Shown here: piece by piece, positions 62,175 to 64,000 of the stretch
How positions within the stretch are numbered: the stretch's first letter is position 1
Layout: every line of letters starts with the position of its first letter
Assembly: GCF_963921235.1 (NCBI RefSeq)
Contig: NC_086107.1
Span: 93,064,001-93,128,000 of the forward strand
Direction of reading: 5' to 3'
Length of the DNA: 64,000 bases
From: Mobula hypostoma
Taxonomy: Eukaryota
Position numbers and translations under genes: made by a program
The notes under the pieces: model-generated
Database searches by the model: none
What the model was told of the DNA's origin: nothing
What the model saw: only the letters and a program-made list of their open reading frames with translations

Positions 62175-63390
62175 AGTCTGGTATGGAAACACCAATGCAC
62201 AAGAATGGAAACATCTACAGACAGTGGTGGACACAGCCCAGCCCGTCACAAGCAAAGCCTTCCCAACCACTGAGCACATTAACAAGGAGCACCTGCCACG
62301 TAAAAGCAACATCCAATATCAAGGGCCCCCAGAATTCAGGTCATTCTCTCTTCTCACTACTACCATCAAGCAGGAGGTACAGGAGACTTGGGCCCCACAC
62401 CAGCAAATTCAGGAACAGTTATTATCCTACAAACATCAGGCCATAAGTTCAGTCCCCTCAATGTTGAACTGACGCCACAACTTATAAACTTATTTTCAAG
62501 GACTCTACAACTCATATTCCCATCATTATTTAAGTTTTTATTGTTTGCATGATTTGTCTTCTTTTGCATATTGGTTCTTCGTCAGTCTTTATTTAAAGTT
62601 CGTTTGTTCGTTATGTATCATGTCATATGACATGGGCAATCATTGTCTTTCCACGACCGTGATTATTTCTGGCAAATTTTTCTGCAGAAGTGGTCTGCTA
62701 TTGCCTTCTTCTAGGCAGTGCAAGATGGTTGACACCAGCCATTATCAATACCCTTCAGAGATTGTCTGCCTGCGATCAGTGATCACATATTCGTGATGTG
62801 TGCCAGCTGCTCATATGGCCATCCACCACCTGCGCCCCGTGGCTTCATGTGACTCCGATCGGTGGTGGGGGGGGGGTGGTGGCCCTAAGCAGGTGCTACA
62901 CCTTGCCCGAAGGTGACCTGCAGACTAGTAGAGAGGAGGAGCACCTTACATCTCCTTTGGTAGAGATATATCTCCACGCCACCACCCCTTGTTTATAGTA
63001 ATGTACCACATGCTGGAGGAACTCAACAGGTCAGGCCGTACCTATGGAAAGGAATAAAGAGCCAATGTTTCTGGCCGACATTCTTCAAGTGAGCTGGAAG
63101 TGAAGGGGGACAGGCCTAGTCCTGATGAAGTTCCTCAGATTGAAAAAATCGACTCTTTATTCCTCCCTATAAATTCTGGCCTGACCTGCTGTGATTCCTC
63201 CAGCATTTTCTGTGTACTCTGGATTTCCAGCATCTGCAGAATCTCTTGAGTTTTATCTTTGTTTATATATATTTATGTTTCATAAATTCTATTACATTAC
63301 TTTATTTTCCTGTAAATGCCTGCAAGACTATGAATCTCAAGGTAGTATATGATGACATATACGTACTCTGATAGTACACTGACTTTGAGA
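62175..63390 (+). mobile_element. Rex1-type 3' fragment containing an RTE-SINE (62598-62988, minus) and a Penelope inverted pair (63005-63250)
   Basis: LFSLLPSSRRYRRL..FRNSYYPTNIR. The 3' UTR resumes at ~63257 and ends gactttga. Confidence 0.75.
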
Positions 63391-64000
63391 AATTAGTGCT
63401 GGTCAAGGTCCTTTTACTTGTTCTTTGAATAGGGCCATGGAATCTCTTATTCTCAACAAAAGCAATGATGAGAGAAGCATGCTCATATTACAATTGACGG
63501 AGTCTCGTTGCTATTTAATAAGGGACCACCATTTTTGGAGGAGTTTATTCCTTCCTGCACCCACTGCACATCCTTTGCAGAGGGTGAGGAGCCTCAAAGT
63601 AAGATCTTTAACTGGCAGGTACCTTGTTGCCTCCTTCTTTCCCTCAGGTCGCAGGAGGGGCAATAGGATTCTGATTCACCTTCGGCACAGAGCTCCAATA
63701 CCATCCCATTTTTCATCAGCTACCCCTGGGTTGGGTTCAGGTCTGGAAGTGGCCTGTCCTGGGATTAGAGGAGTGTCTGTCTGCCTGCGAGGGTGGGTGG
63801 GAGCGAGGCAAAGAAAAGGCTTTTTTGCTGTTGTTCTGTTCTTATTGGTGCTTGTGTTGTCCTGCTGAACATGGTAGCCATGTTATATTGGCAGCCGAAT
63901 TTGTGATGACACTTATGGTCTGCCCCCAGTGCAAGCTGGTATGTTGGTTGAGACACATGAATGTTTCGATGTATGTGTGATAAATAAATGGATCTGAATC

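Overview
Non-prokaryotic, repeat-saturated vertebrate genomic DNA. The repeat repertoire (several CR1 LINE families, Rex1/Babar LINEs, L1, RTE, Penelope-type hammerhead elements, tRNA/V-type SINEs, Tc1 derivatives) suggests a cartilaginous fish such as a ray or shark; this is inference. I found no host protein-coding exon. Every substantial ORF is a retrotransposon remnant or a low-complexity artefact. Bases 1-47 kb and 58-64 kb are mostly nested transposon debris. The one clear host gene is a mir-129 microRNA hairpin on the minus strand (52344-52435) with variant mature arms. It lies in a ~10 kb CpG-rich, comparatively repeat-poor domain (~47.4-57.4 kb) that has a near-perfect RE1/NRSE (REST) site at 57305 and candidate splice sites for a non-coding host transcript. 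Other notable items: about 16 Penelope-derived mini-elements with minimal hammerhead ribozyme cores, often as inverted pairs; a Tc1 derivative whose right end is a captured ~57 bp TIR-TIR mini-element; tandem R4/Dong-type retroelement remnants; a 23-bp minisatellite at a CR1 5' junction; and double insertions at one target site. Element boundaries were read by eye and are approximate except where a TSD or TIR is quoted.
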